A DNA stretch of 63,999 nucleotides, the filler included, from Planctomycetota bacterium (lineage in GTDB: Bacteria > Planctomycetota > Planctomycetia > JALXBF01), in the NCBI GenBank assembly GCA_026991575.1. It is 7 parts of 7 records of this genome, joined end to end, with 100 filler letters (N's around TTAATTAATTAA, not from the genome) between each part and the next. Parts side by side here need not be neighbours in the genome. Positions count along the whole stretch, not along the records: positions 1 to 23,302 come from JALXBF010000050.1; positions 23,403 to 46,450 come from JALXBF010000051.1; 5 more parts are not named here. One strand, given 5' to 3'. This document shows, piece by piece, positions 20,546 through 32,100 of this stretch. Below the pieces are notes generated by a model, which worked only from the letters and a program-made list of their open reading frames with translations, was not told the DNA's origin and did no database searches. The stretch's first letter is position 1. Every line of letters starts with the position of its first letter. Position numbers and translations under genes: made by a program.

Positions 20546-20920
20546 ATGGCACGTGCTGCAAAGGCCAAGTCCACACGCGGTAAGGCGGCCAAGGCCAAGC
20601 CGGCTGCAGAGCTTGTGAGAGCATTCTCCGAGCGAGGGTACGTCCGCGTACGGGCGCCCCGGTCGAGCGCTCAGGGTGCCAAGTCGCATAAAGGCTACGA
20701 GGTGCGCATCCCCGTGCGCGACAACGCGACGGTGCGTCGGCTGGCCAAGATGGTCCGCGAGGTCGGCTTACGTCCAGGCAAGCCATACACGGCGGGACGC
20801 CGAATCGTGCTGCCAATCTATGGGCGTACTGCCGTAGAGTCGTTTGCCCGGTGGGTGAGGCGTTTGAACAAGGCCAAGGCGGAGCGAATCGAGCAGAAGT
20901 TGGCGGCCGCAAGCCGCTAA
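20546..20920 (+). CDS. Small basic protein, possible degenerate LAGLIDADG-fold DNA-binding protein
   Basis: Strong AAGGAGGT RBS; K/A-rich N-tail, then a helix/strand pattern resembling one LAGLIDADG domain. The ORF is well supported; the fold is inferred. Confidence 0.65.
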   Translation: MARAAKAKSTRGKAAKAKPAAELVRAFSERGYVRVRAPRSSAQGAKSHKGYEVRIPVRDNATVRRLAKMVREVGLRPGKPYTAGRRIVLPIYGRTAVESFARWVRRLNKAKAERIEQKLAAASR

Positions 20921-20923
20921 GCG

Positions 20924-21991
20924 TCAGATGACCAGGATTCCGGTGCCCCAGGTCAGGCCCGCGCCAAAGCCGGTGAGCAACACGCGGTCACCTCGATTCA
21001 AGTAGCCCTCGGCGCGGGCTTCGTCCATGGCAATCGGGATCGAACCAGAGGACGTGTTGCCATAGCGGTCCAGGTTTTGAAAGACCTTGGACCGCGGGAA
21101 GCCCAGTACGTCCATCGCCGAGTTGATGATCCGTGTGTTTGCCTGGTGCGGGATCACCAGATCAATGTCCTCGGGGGTCAGTCCGCAGTAGGCAAGCACC
21201 TCTTCCGTGGAGTCGCAGATCGTGTTGACCGCCCAGCGGAACACGGCGCGGCCGTCCATTTTCAGATAGTGGTCGCCGCGTTCCAGCGCCTCGGGTGTGG
21301 GCACCTGGCGCGAACCGCAGGCTGGCCGCATCAGCAGCTCGCCACCTGACCCGTCGCTGCCGAGCCGGTATGCCAACAGCCCCTGGTCCGGACCGCCCGG
21401 CGCCAGCACCACCGCACCCGCCCCGTCGCCGAACAACGGGTAGGTCTTCTTGTCGTTCGGGTCGATGACTCGACTGTTGCAGTCGCCGCCAATGACCAGA
21501 CACAGCCGACTCTGCCCGGCCACCACCATGGACATGCCCAGGGCCAAGGCGTACACGAACCCTGAACAAGCTGCCTGCACGTCGCACGCCCCGCAGACCA
21601 GCCCAAGCCGGTCCTGCACCAGGCACGCCGTCGACGGGGTGGACATGTCCGGGGTAAACGTAGCTACCAGCAGGAAGTCGATATCGGCCGGATCGACATG
21701 AGCAGCATCCAGCGCACGCAGGGCGGCGCGGTAGCACAGGTCGCTGGTGGCTTCGTCCGGCGCCGCATACCGCCGCTCACGGATGCCGGTCCGCTGCACA
21801 ATCCACTTCGGGTCAAGGCCGTGCGTGCGTTCCAGTTCCTCGTTGGTAACCACCCGGCTGGGCACATAGCTGCCGATTCCGAGAATCTGGACACCAGTCA
21901 GGGTACGGACGCGCGAAAGGTTCTGCCCACTGCCGGCCACGGCCACCTTGGTCAACGCTGGCGAATTTGCCTTCACCCTAGTGCACTCCAA
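20924..21991 (-). CDS. fabH: 3-oxoacyl-ACP synthase III
   Basis: QRTGIRERR, AACSGF, LFGDGAGA, PHQAN, YGNTSSGSIP and GFGAGLTWG; true start uncertain. Confidence 0.95.
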   Translation of the reverse strand: MECTRVKANSPALTKVAVAGSGQNLSRVRTLTGVQILGIGSYVPSRVVTNEELERTHGLDPKWIVQRTGIRERRYAAPDEATSDLCYRAALRALDAAHVDPADIDFLLVATFTPDMSTPSTACLVQDRLGLVCGACDVQAACSGFVYALALGMSMVVAGQSRLCLVIGGDCNSRVIDPNDKKTYPLFGDGAGAVVLAPGGPDQGLLAYRLGSDGSGGELLMRPACGSRQVPTPEALERGDHYLKMDGRAVFRWAVNTICDSTEEVLAYCGLTPEDIDLVIPHQANTRIINSAMDVLGFPRSKVFQNLDRYGNTSSGSIPIAMDEARAEGYLNRGDRVLLTGFGAGLTWGTGILVI

Positions 21992-22254
21992 CGACTTTCC
22001 GCAGCTCCTCGTCTACGCAGTGGTCGCGGGAAAAGTACTAGCATTCTACCAACACGGAAAGCCCGGCCCGGTCGTTCCAGGACCGCTGCTCCGGCCGAGC
22101 AGCTAAGCAGGCACACGGCGCAAGCGGCGCAACCCTCAATGAGCACTCAGTATAGCCGGCCCGGGCCCTTTCTGCCAGTGCAACCGGGATCCGCCCCCCG
22201 AGGAACGCTGCCCCCGGGCTCGCCAGCCGCGAGGCTGCTTGGGAGACCACAGCG

Positions 22255-23175
22255 ATGCACAGCACCAGCCACGCCCACGATCACGATCAGGACCGCAACA
22301 GCGCCGCCACACACGTGCCGCCGCCTGCTATCCCGGAGCTGTGCTGGGGCTATAACACGAACGGCTTCGTGCACCACCAGTTTGAGCACGTGTGCTTGCT
22401 GCTGCGCAGCTTTGGCTACCGTGCGGTTGCGCTAACCGTGGACCACGGGCTCCTGAACCCCTTTGCGCGCCGTGCCCGAACGGAGGCGTGGCACGTGCGT
22501 TCGATGCTGGCCCGGTACGGGCTGCGTTGTGTCATCGAAACGGGCGCACGCTACCTGCTGGATCCCTGGCGTAAGCACTGGCCGACCCTGCTTGCTGCCA
22601 CCGCTAGCGCCCGCCGGCGCCGCATGAACTTTCTGAAGCGGGCGGTGGACCTGGCTGTGTTTCTCCGAGCCGACGCGGTGTCGTTCTGGTCCGGGCGGGA
22701 TGAGCCATCGCGGCCTGCCGAGGCCAGCTGGCGGCTGCTTGTGGAAGGCTGTCGCGAGCTAGCCCAATACGCCGGTGACCACGGTGTCCGGCTGGCATTT
22801 GAACCAGAGCCCGGCATGTTCGTGGAGCGCATGGACCAGTTCGAGAGGCTACGAGACTGCGTCGGACACCCGTGCTTCGGGCTCACGCTTGACGTGGGCC
22901 ATGTGCACTGCCTGGCCGACGGCGATCCGGCGGTGCGTGTCCGCGAGTTCGCGGACGTGCTCTTCAACGTGCACCTCGAGGACATGGTCCAGGGCAAGCA
23001 CGAGCATCTGGTGCCGGGTACAGGCGAGATGGAGTTTCGTTCCATCCTCGAGGCGCTGGCTGCCGTGGGCTATCCGTACGGAGTGTACCTGGAGCTGAGC
23101 CGCGACAGTTACCGGGCGGTCAGTGCGGCGCGCGACGCCATCGGATACCTTCAGAGAACGGTACGACTCGGCTGA
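22255..23175 (+). CDS. Sugar phosphate isomerase/epimerase (xylose-isomerase-like TIM barrel)
   Basis: GYNTNGF, IETGARYLLDP, FEPEPGM, TLDVGH, VHLED, HEHL and ELSR metal-ligand motifs. Confidence 0.85.
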   Translation: MHSTSHAHDHDQDRNSAATHVPPPAIPELCWGYNTNGFVHHQFEHVCLLLRSFGYRAVALTVDHGLLNPFARRARTEAWHVRSMLARYGLRCVIETGARYLLDPWRKHWPTLLAATASARRRRMNFLKRAVDLAVFLRADAVSFWSGRDEPSRPAEASWRLLVEGCRELAQYAGDHGVRLAFEPEPGMFVERMDQFERLRDCVGHPCFGLTLDVGHVHCLADGDPAVRVREFADVLFNVHLEDMVQGKHEHLVPGTGEMEFRSILEALAAVGYPYGVYLELSRDSYRAVSAARDAIGYLQRTVRLG

Positions 23176-23302
23176 CGCTGTGCGACCTGGCACCGCGGAG
23201 CACGCTGCCAGGGCCAGCGACACGTTGCCGCCGCCAACCGATCACGTGGCCGGCACGAACCGGCTGAGCCAACCTGGTAACACAGCCAGCGGCAGTAACA
23301 GC

Positions 23303-23402
23303 NNNNNNNNNNNNNNNNNNNNNNNNNNNNNNNNNNNNNNNNNNNNTTAATTAATTAANNNNNNNNNNNNNNNNNNNNNNNNNNNNNNNNNNNNNNNNNN
23401 NN
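23303..23402. other. Artificial contig linker
   Basis: 100 bp of N with a central TTAATTAATTAA (stops in all six frames). Confidence 0.99.
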
Positions 23403-24047
23403 TTCATGCTCGCGCAGGTCCTAATGGATGCCTACTATCGGGACCGGGAACGGTTGACGATGGCCATCGCGCAGGTGCTTGCGAACCAGGTTCGGGGAAT
23501 CCATGCGGATGTGATCCAGATCGACGAGGCAAACGTCACAGGCCACCCGGAACTGGGGGACCTGGCGGCCGAGGCGATCAACACGGTGCTTCGAGCTGTG
23601 CCGGACGGGGTTGAGAGGGCCGTGCATCTGTGCTTCGGCAACTACGGTGGCCAGCGGATTCAGCGCGGCCACTGGGCTCAGTTGCTGCCGTTCCTGAACG
23701 CTCTGGAGTGCGACCATCTGGTGTTGGAGTTCGCGCGGCCGGGCTATGACGAGCTGCCGATAGTGCGCGAGGTTCGGCCTGAGATCGCGCTAGGTATCGG
23801 AGTGATTGACATCAAGGACAACGTCGTCGAGACCCCCGAGGAAGTAGCTCGCAACATTGAGAAGGTTGTCAGTGTCGTGGGCGAGGAGCGACTCCGGTAC
23901 GTGCACCCGGACTGCGGGTTCTGGATGCTGCCCAGGAGTGTGGCCAACCGTAAAATGCGGAACCTGGTGCTTGGCCGCGACCTGTTCCTTGGTCAGTACC
24001 GTGGCCAGGTGACGGAATCAGGCCCGGAACTCGCAGGACAGCGATGA
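23403..24047 (+). CDS. Cobalamin-independent methionine synthase II family protein (5'-partial)
   Basis: IQIDE, VHLCFGNY, VLEFA, GVIDIK, ETPEEVA and PDCGF motifs; truncated by the contig start. Confidence 0.88.
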   Translation, partial: FMLAQVLMDAYYRDRERLTMAIAQVLANQVRGIHADVIQIDEANVTGHPELGDLAAEAINTVLRAVPDGVERAVHLCFGNYGGQRIQRGHWAQLLPFLNALECDHLVLEFARPGYDELPIVREVRPEIALGIGVIDIKDNVVETPEEVARNIEKVVSVVGEERLRYVHPDCGFWMLPRSVANRKMRNLVLGRDLFLGQYRGQVTESGPELAGQR

Positions 24048-24580
24048 CCACACAGCGCGAGCAGGTGATCGTAACCGGAGAGGAGCTGGACGCGCTTCTG
24101 GAGTACCTTGCCGACCGCGCGGCCGCTTTAGTTGGTGATCCGGAGCGTACGGCTCTAGTGGGCATCCGGACACGAGGTGTTCCGTTGGCTCAGCGGCTGG
24201 CACAGCGGTGGCAGACTCGCTACGGGTGGCAGTTACCGATCGGAGCCGTGGACATCACGCTTTACCGCGATGACCTCGACATCGCGCCGCGCTGGCCTGT
24301 GTTGAAGGGCACGGAGATTGAGTTTCCGGTAGACGACCGGGTCATCCTGCTCGTCGACGACGTGCTCTACACTGGCCGTACGGTTCGGGCCGCGATGGAT
24401 GCGCTCTGCGACCTGGGACGCCCGAAGGCGATCCGGCTGGTCGTGCTGGTCGACCGTGGCGGACGCGAGCTGCCGATTCAGCCGGACGCAGTGGCACTGC
24501 GCGTGGACGCCACGCCGCGTGAGCGGATCGAGGTGCGGCTCAGGGAAATAGACGGAGAAGATGGCATCGTGCGCCGTTGA
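24044..24580 (+). CDS. pyrR: Pyrimidine regulator/uracil phosphoribosyltransferase PyrR
   Basis: [33 protein letters not shown] and [14 protein letters not shown] motifs. Confidence 0.96.
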   Translation: MTTQREQVIVTGEELDALLEYLADRAAALVGDPERTALVGIRTRGVPLAQRLAQRWQTRYGWQLPIGAVDITLYRDDLDIAPRWPVLKGTEIEFPVDDRVILLVDDVLYTGRTVRAAMDALCDLGRPKAIRLVVLVDRGGRELPIQPDAVALRVDATPRERIEVRLREIDGEDGIVRR

Positions 24581-24594
24581 GGCGGGAGCGAATC

Positions 24595-25569
24595 ATGGCT
24601 ACCGAAGTCTCCGGCCCGGCAAAGTCGACCGAGCTCTGGACACGCCGCCATCTGCTCGACCTTGAGCATCTCGAACCGTGGGAGATCGAAGCCATCCTGG
24701 ACACAGCGTCCGCTTTCCGAGAAGTCTCGGAACGCTCCCGCAAGAAGGTACCGGCGCTTCAGGGAAAAGTGGTCGTCAACCTGTTCTTCGAACCATCCAC
24801 ACGGACTCGCACCAGCTTCAGCCTGGCTGCCAAGCGGCTATCGGCCGATACTGTCGACTTCACGGTCTCTTCTTCCAGCATGGCCAAGGGCGAAACGTTC
24901 ATCGACACGGCCAAGAACATCGAGGCGATGGGCGTGGACATTATGGTCGTGCGGCACCAGACGCCCGGCACGCCGCATATCCTCGCGCGCAAGCTGCAAT
25001 GCTCGGTCATCAACGCCGGCGATGGCGGTCATGAGCATCCGACACAGGCGTTGCTGGACGTGTTCACGATTCGTGAGGTCAAGGGGCGGATCCGCGGGCT
25101 GACCGTCGGACTCATCGGCGACATCGCCCACAGCCGCGTGGCAAGGTCCAACATCTGGGCACTGAAGAAACTCGGCGCGCACGTCATCGTCTGCGGCCCC
25201 CCGACGTTGATCCCCCGTTCCATCACGAAGCTGGACGTCGAAATCGCCTACTCGCTCGATGAGATCCTGCCGCGGTGCGATGTGCTCAACGTGCTGCGCA
25301 TCCAATTCGAACGGCAGCGCGGGGGGTTATTCCCGTCGATCCAAGAATACTTTGCGCTCTACGGCGTCACCGAGGAACGGCTCCGGCGGGCCAAGGATGA
25401 CGTCCTGTTGCTTGCCCCTGGCCCCATCAATCGAGGGATCGAACTGACACCGGGCGTCGCCGACGGCGAGCACTCTGCCGTGTTGCGCCAGGTGACCAAC
25501 GGCCTGGCCGTGCGCATGGCCGTGCTGTACCTGGTCAGCGGTGGCCAGCCAAGAAGTGCGGCCGAATAG
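24595..25569 (+). CDS. pyrB: Aspartate carbamoyltransferase catalytic subunit
   Basis: [40 protein letters not shown] and PGPINRGIE motifs. Confidence 0.97.
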   Translation: MATEVSGPAKSTELWTRRHLLDLEHLEPWEIEAILDTASAFREVSERSRKKVPALQGKVVVNLFFEPSTRTRTSFSLAAKRLSADTVDFTVSSSSMAKGETFIDTAKNIEAMGVDIMVVRHQTPGTPHILARKLQCSVINAGDGGHEHPTQALLDVFTIREVKGRIRGLTVGLIGDIAHSRVARSNIWALKKLGAHVIVCGPPTLIPRSITKLDVEIAYSLDEILPRCDVLNVLRIQFERQRGGLFPSIQEYFALYGVTEERLRRAKDDVLLLAPGPINRGIELTPGVADGEHSAVLRQVTNGLAVRMAVLYLVSGGQPRSAAE

Positions 25570-25614
25570 AACCGTAGCGCCAGATGAGACGGGCGTTCTC
25601 CGGGAGGATAGCTC

Positions 25615-26925
25615 GTGGGCACCGTGGTGATTCGGCAGGGACGGGTCATCGACCCGTCCCAGGGCATCGACCGGGTCGCGGATCTGGTCATCCGCGATGG
25701 CGTGGTCCTACAGATCGGACCATGGGACGGACCGGCCGATCTGGAAATCGACGCTGCCGGCATGATTGTCGCCCCTGGTCTGATCGACATGCATGTGCAC
25801 TTTCGCGAACCGGGGAACGAGCAGAGCGAGACGATCGCCACTGGAGCGGCAGCGGCACTGGCCGGTGGGTTTACTTCCGTGGCCTGCATGCCCAACACCG
25901 AACCGGCCATCGATACGCGCGAGGCGGCCGAGTTCGTGTACCTGCAGGCTGACCGAGCCGGATACTGCCGGGTCTACCCGGTCGGCGCGGTGACCAAACA
26001 GCGGGCGGGCCGCGAGCTGGCCGAGATGGGCCAGTTGGTCGAAGGCGGAGCGGTCGCTTTCAGCGACGATGGCTCACCGGTCGAGTCCGCCGAGATCATG
26101 CGGCGCGCGCTGCAGTACACCCGCATGTTTGACCGCGCCATCCTGAACCATCCGGAAGTGCTTGATCTGACCAAAGGCGGTGTCATGAACGAAGGGTTCA
26201 CATCGATGCGGCTTGGACTACCCGGCATGCCCGCCGTGGCCGAAGAGATCATGGTCAGCCGCGACATCCTGCTGGCCGCCGATACAGACGGCAAGCTCCA
26301 CTTGCAGCACCTGTCCACGGCCGGCTCGGTCGAGCTCGTACGCTCAGCAAAACGCCGCGGCATCCGAGTGACGGCCGAAGTCTGCCCACATCACCTGGCA
26401 CTGACCGATGAGGCGCTCGAATCGTTCGACCCGGTTTTTAAGGTCAATCCGCCGCTTCGTACCCGGCGCGATGTCGACGCGCTCATCGAAGGACTCTGTG
26501 ACGGCACGATCGATGTCATCGCCAGCGACCATGCGCCGCATGCCCCTGCCCTGAAGGAACTGGAACTAGACCGCGCCCCGTTCGGCATGATCGGCCTCGA
26601 GACGATGCTGCCGATCTGTATCAAGACGCTGATCGAGCCCGGGCACCTGGACTGGATGGAACTGATCCGAAAGCTGACGATCAATCCGGCACGCGTGTTG
26701 GGTATCGATCGCGGCACGCTCCGGCCGGGAGCCGAGGCGGACGTGACGGTGATCAACCCCGAGGTGACCTGGACGATCGACCCGGAGCGGTTCCGTTCAA
26801 AGAGCCGTAACTGCCCGTTCGCGGGATGGACCGTGCGGGGCCGCGCGGAGTATGTGTTCGTGGCGGGGGAACTCCGCTACCGCGCCGAGGCAGAACCACC
26901 GCAGCTAGCCGAGCTAAAGCGGTAG
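25615..26925 (+). CDS. pyrC: Dihydroorotase
   Basis: PGLIDMHVHFREPG, CMPNT, FSDDG, KVNPPLR and ASDHAPH; follows pyrR-pyrB. Confidence 0.96.
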   Translation: MGTVVIRQGRVIDPSQGIDRVADLVIRDGVVLQIGPWDGPADLEIDAAGMIVAPGLIDMHVHFREPGNEQSETIATGAAAALAGGFTSVACMPNTEPAIDTREAAEFVYLQADRAGYCRVYPVGAVTKQRAGRELAEMGQLVEGGAVAFSDDGSPVESAEIMRRALQYTRMFDRAILNHPEVLDLTKGGVMNEGFTSMRLGLPGMPAVAEEIMVSRDILLAADTDGKLHLQHLSTAGSVELVRSAKRRGIRVTAEVCPHHLALTDEALESFDPVFKVNPPLRTRRDVDALIEGLCDGTIDVIASDHAPHAPALKELELDRAPFGMIGLETMLPICIKTLIEPGHLDWMELIRKLTINPARVLGIDRGTLRPGAEADVTVINPEVTWTIDPERFRSKSRNCPFAGWTVRGRAEYVFVAGELRYRAEAEPPQLAELKR

Positions 26926-27109
26926 CGTGAACCTCCCGCCCCGATACGCTCGCCCCCCCTGTCTTCCGCCCCGTAGGGTCGCCAACGAACAGTCTGCGCA
27001 CCCCCCGCAAGCAACCCCCGGCCGCCTTCAAACCAACCCAGGCCGCGGCGGTCGGCCGGATCGCGCTCGTTACCGCTCACGCTCGGTTCTGGGTTCGGGT
27101 CCGCGTCGG

Positions 27110-27523
27110 CTAGGACGCCGCCGCCTCGTCGATGATCGCTTTTACTTCCTCGGTTACCTTCTCCAGCGTCTCGCGGACGGCCTCGGCCTTGTCCGGGAAG
27201 ATCTGCGGCATGACCGTGATCGGCATCATCGCCGCCAGGTACGTCTTACCCTGCTCCGTGTACACCAGAATGCTGCAGGGCATGCACAGCCCGGTCAGCG
27301 GCTCAGCGTCCAGCAGTTTGCTGGCATGACCCGGGTTGCAGATGTCGATCGATTTCATCTGCTCGCTACGCGGGAAACCTTTCGCATTCAGGATCTCGGA
27401 AAACTCGTACGTGCCCAGCACACCGAACTTGTGGGCCTCTGCCGCACGTCGCACCGCCACGCAAGCGTCCTGGAACGACTTGTCGGTAGCAACCTTGTAG
27501 ACACAAGTGGTTTCCGTGCTCAT
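27110..27523 (-). CDS. DUF302 family protein
   Basis: FGVLGTY, ICNPGHA and GLCMPCSILVY motifs. Confidence 0.85.
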   Translation of the reverse strand: MSTETTCVYKVATDKSFQDACVAVRRAAEAHKFGVLGTYEFSEILNAKGFPRSEQMKSIDICNPGHASKLLDAEPLTGLCMPCSILVYTEQGKTYLAAMMPITVMPQIFPDKAEAVRETLEKVTEEVKAIIDEAAAS

Positions 27524-27556
27524 GGCCTTCCTCCCGCCGGACTCACCGCCGGCCTG

Positions 27557-27970
27557 TTACTGACTGTAGAAGTCCGCCACCCGCACGCTTTCGGTTACCT
27601 CACGGGCCCGCTCGGCGTACTCTACGTGAAGCGGATGTTTCAGGTACGTGTCCACGTCTTCCAGCCGGTCGAACAGGATGTACAAGCCGATGTCGTAGTC
27701 TTGAATGTGGACCGGGCGATCACCGGGGGCCCTGTACCCGACATGTAGCTCCTTGACCACGGGGATTTTCTTCAGCAGCCGATGGGCATCGTCGATGAGC
27801 CGCCGGGCATCCTGCTTCGACACACCATTTTTCACCTTGAACAGCACCACATGGACGACTTTCTTCGGTTCAGCGGGCCGGGCGGCCGCGTGTTTCTGGA
27901 CCCAGCCGCCGAGTACCGCCCCGACAACAAGCGACGCAATCACGGCGATCGCGATCAGCGTACGACGCAT
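27557..27970 (-). CDS. Dabb/stress-responsive alpha-beta barrel protein with signal anchor
   Basis: VVHVVLFK, KIPVV, YDIGLYILF and YLKHPLH motifs. Confidence 0.85.
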   Translation of the reverse strand: MRRTLIAIAVIASLVVGAVLGGWVQKHAAARPAEPKKVVHVVLFKVKNGVSKQDARRLIDDAHRLLKKIPVVKELHVGYRAPGDRPVHIQDYDIGLYILFDRLEDVDTYLKHPLHVEYAERAREVTESVRVADFYSQ

Positions 27971-28043
27971 GGTGCGACCTCCACGGTGTGGCGTTTTCTC
28001 CGGCAGCGCTCATTGTACGGCTGCCGCCAGGCGAGCCTGACCG

Positions 28044-29042
28044 TCACTGAATCTCGATCACGATTTTCCCGAACTGTAGCGCTCGTTTCATGTGCTCCAG
28101 GGCGGCGCTGATCTCTGTGAGCGGGAAAACCCGATCGACGATGGGCCGGATCCGCTGACGATTGACGAAATCGAGCATGCGTTCAAAGTCGCGCGGCGAG
28201 CCCATCGTGCTGCCGATGATGCGAAGCTGTCGCCAGAAGATCTTCGGTAGCGGGCAGACAGGCGGCACGCCGCCCGTGACGCCGTAGTTGACCAGCCGGC
28301 CACCTGGAGCGAGGACATCGATCAGCTGGACGAAGCCAGGTCCACCGGCGCCGTCCACGGCCACGTCCACCGCCCCAAACTCCTCTAACAGCGCCCTGGA
28401 CCAGTCCTTCTCGGTGTAGTTGTACCCGGACTTCGCCCCCAGCTGCACGGCACGTTCGATCTTCTCTTCGGCCGACGACGTCACCGCAACCTCTGCCTCG
28501 ATCGCCACGCCGTACTGGAGCACGAACGTGGCCACGCCGCCCCCGATGCCGGTGACCAGCAACTTGTCGGCTGGAGCCAGTTGGCCTTGCGTGAAGGTAG
28601 CGCGGTAGGCGGTCACGCCAGCCAGCGGCAGAGCGGCCGCTTCATGCCAGTTCAGATGAGCTGGCTTTGGATAGACGTACTCCACCGGCACAACCACATA
28701 CTCGGCGAACGTTCCGTGGTCGGGCATTCCGAGGATGCGGAACGCATCGCTCTGGGCCCGTTCCTCTCGGCCCCAGTCCCAGCCAGGGTTGATGATGACC
28801 TCCTGACCTACCAGACGCCCCGACACTTCCTCGCCCACCTCGGCGACAATCCCGGCTCCGTCTGATCCAAGCACCACCCCGGTCACGATTCCAGGATACA
28901 TGCCCTCGATGATCCACAGATCGCGCCGGTTCAGCGCAGCCGCCTTCAGCTCGATCAGCACCTCGTTGGGCCCTGGTTTCGGATCAGGAAGCTCCTTGAC
29001 GACGAGGGGCTGTTTGACGGCTTCAAGCACCGCTGCGCGCAT
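28044..29042 (-). CDS. MDR-family NAD(P)-dependent oxidoreductase (quinone oxidoreductase-like)
   Basis: AAALNRRD, LGSDGAG, GTFAEY, AAALPLAGVTAYRA, TGIGGGVA, GSTMGS and FGKIV motifs. Confidence 0.9.
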   Translation of the reverse strand: MRAAVLEAVKQPLVVKELPDPKPGPNEVLIELKAAALNRRDLWIIEGMYPGIVTGVVLGSDGAGIVAEVGEEVSGRLVGQEVIINPGWDWGREERAQSDAFRILGMPDHGTFAEYVVVPVEYVYPKPAHLNWHEAAALPLAGVTAYRATFTQGQLAPADKLLVTGIGGGVATFVLQYGVAIEAEVAVTSSAEEKIERAVQLGAKSGYNYTEKDWSRALLEEFGAVDVAVDGAGGPGFVQLIDVLAPGGRLVNYGVTGGVPPVCPLPKIFWRQLRIIGSTMGSPRDFERMLDFVNRQRIRPIVDRVFPLTEISAALEHMKRALQFGKIVIEIQ

Positions 29043-29134
29043 CGCTCCGCTCTCCTCATGTACCTTGCACCTGGCCGCTCCCCCTGGGCCGCACGACCGC
29101 CGGTGTGCGGTGTGCACCGGCGACAGGAGACCAG

Positions 29135-32100
29135 CTATAGCGTATCCGAATGACCGATGCCTGCGGCCAGGCAAAACAGCTCGACTGGATGCAGCACCGT
29201 GCGGTCCGTGAGGTCCCGGACCTGTGATCGGCAGGAGAAGCCGCCGGCAGCGAGAATCGCGCCGGGGCGACGGGTCAGCTTCTTCAGCAGGTCCCTTCGG
29301 GCGATGGCGACGCTGATCTCATAGTGCCGGCGCTCGTACCCGAAGAAGCCCGCCATGCCGCAGCAGCCAGTATCGAGCAGCTCGACGACCAGTCCCGGCA
29401 CCTGCTGCAGCAGACGCTGGGCCAGGTCGGCAAGCCCAGCCGCCTTCTGATGGCAGTGGCCGTGGATGAGCACTTCGTGGTTTGACGGTGCCAGCTTCAG
29501 CCGCATGCGATCCAGTACGCTCAGGAGGAACTCCTCTGCCAAGAGCACCGTTTCGCGCAGCAGCTGCTCGCGGCCCTCCGCGATCGGCAGCTCGGTGTAT
29601 TCGTCGCGGAACGTCAGCACGCAGCTTGGCTCTACTCCGACGACCACTCCCCCCTGACGCCGGATCTGGCTCAGTCCCTGCACGTTCGTGCGCGCAAGGC
29701 TGCGGAACTCATCGAGCATCCCTTTGGACAGGAACGTGCGCCCGCAGCAACGTAGCGGCGCCAGATGAACCGGGTAGCCCACCGTGTGGAGCAATCGCGC
29801 CAGCATGCCCAGCACGTGCGGCTCGTAGTAGGTGCTAAAGCAGTCGGCTAGCAGGTAGATGGGCCGGTTGTCGGAGCTGCCGGGGGGCATCTGCAGCCGG
29901 CGACGGTTCGCAGCATACCAGTTCCGGAAAGAGTGGCGGGCAAGCCGCGGCAGCGGCCGGCGTCGGTCGATACCGACAGCCCACTCCAGCAGCCCGCGAA
30001 ACCAGTCGCGCCCGGTGAGGAAGTTGACCAGGCGGGGGGCCAGTGCGGCAAGCCGGTTGAGTCGGCCAGCGTAAGCGACAGCGTAGTCGAGAATCGGTCG
30101 ACGGTGGCGTCGGTAGTAATCGTGCAGGTACTCGGTTTTCAGCAATGCCATGTCCACATTCGCTGGGCACTCGGCCTTACACCCCTTGCACATCAGGCAC
30201 AGGTCAAGCGCTTCCAGGAGGGCCTCTTCGTCGACGTCCAGGCCCGCCAGGGCGGCGCGGAGCAGGTTGGCGCGGCCACGCGTGCTGTGCATCTCCTCCA
30301 GCGTCACCATGTACGATGGGCACATCGTTCCGGTCAGCTTGCGGCAGACGGCCGCTCCCATGCACGAGTCGATGGTTTCGGCAAAACCATCATGCGTGCG
30401 GTGTCGAAAGGTGGGCTCAACCAGCGTGCCGCCAGCCGCGGCGGTGTTCGGGCCGGAAGCGAACGGGCGGAGGTGCTCGGTCATGGCGGGCGCATCGACG
30501 ATCTTGCCCGGGTTGAGCAGGCTGGCCGGATCGAAGGCTCGCTTTATGGTCCGGAACGCCTCGTAGAGCCGGTCGCCGAAAACAACGCGGTTGAACTCGC
30601 TGCGTGCCAGGCCGTCGCCATGCTCGCCGCTTAGCGCCCCCTCAAACTCCAGCACCAGCTCGACTACCTCACGAGCAATCTGCCGCATGATCTCGACATG
30701 CTTCGGTTGGCGCAGGTCGAGCAGCGGTCGGATGTGCAAGCAGCCCACGCTGGCATGCCCGTAGAAGGAGCCCTCGACGCCGTGTCGGCGAAGGATACTG
30801 CGAAAGCGGCGCACGAACTCGCCCAACCGGGCTGGTTCGACCGCCGTATCCTCGACGAAGCCGATCGGCTTCCTCCCGCCCGGCATGCTGTACAGCAGCG
30901 CCACGCCCTTCTTGCGCAGCGCCCATACCGCGTCGACCTCACCTGGCTGGGTCACGAGCCGGTGCGCTGACCAACGTCCCTCGGCGGCGCGGCGTAGCGC
31001 GTCCTGGCACCGCGCCAGCAGCTCCGCCTCCGACTCGCCGCTGTACTCAACCACCAGCACCGCGTCCGGCTCGCCAGGGATCAAGGCGCGGTAGCGTGCC
31101 GCGTCCGTGTTCTGTTCGGCCAGCTGCAGGAGCAGTCGATCGAGGCACTCGATGGCACTCGGGCCAGTCTCAAGCAACGGTCCGACAGCGTCCAGGGCCG
31201 CGATCAGTTCCTCAAAAGCAAGCAGCAGCAGCACGCGGAGGGCAGGCCGACGATGGACACGAAGCAGTGCATCGGTAACAATGGCCAGCGTGCCTTCGGA
31301 ACCGACCACGAGCCGGGCAAGGTTCCAGGGCTGGTGCGGGTCAGGCAGTGGCATGCGCGGGGGCAGGCTGAAAGGGTAGGTCTGTTGCGGGGGGACGCCG
31401 TCGGCAATTTGCTGAGCACGCAGCATCTCATCCAAGTTGTAGCCGCTGACGCGGCGGAGTACCCGGGGGAACCGCCGGCGAATCTCGTCGCGGCAGTCGC
31501 GCAGGATCCGCTCGACCGCCCGGCATACCTCGCCCTCGCGGCCCGGCGCCTGGTGCAGCTGCTGCCACTCCTGGGCAGATAGCGGCGCAAGCGTGGCGGC
31601 AGAGCCATCGGAGAAAAGGACCGATAGCTCCACGACATGGTCGATCGTCTTGCCATAGACCACCGAACGTGCGCCGGCCGAGTTGTTGCCGATCATGCCC
31701 CCAAGCGTTGCGCGGCTGCTGGTAGCGACGTCTGGACCAAATTCGACGCCGTAGTTAGCCAGGAACCGGTTGAGCTGGTCGAGCACGACGCCCGGCTGCA
31801 CACGGACGGTCTGGCGGGCGGGATCATAGGAAAGGATCCGGTTCATGTACTTGGAGAAGTCCACCACAATTGCTCGCCCGATCGCCTGGCCTGACAGGCT
31901 CGTGCCCGCACCACGCGGTAGCAGCGGCAAGTCCTGGTCCGCGGCAATCCGGACCAGTTTCTCAACGTCGTCCCGGTCGCGCGGCAACACGACCCCAAGC
32001 GGCTCGATCTGGTAAATGGATGCGTCCGTGGCGTACAGCAGTCGGCTGGTCCGGTCGAAGCGGACCTCCCCGCGGAGCTCGGAACGCAGCCATCGGATCA

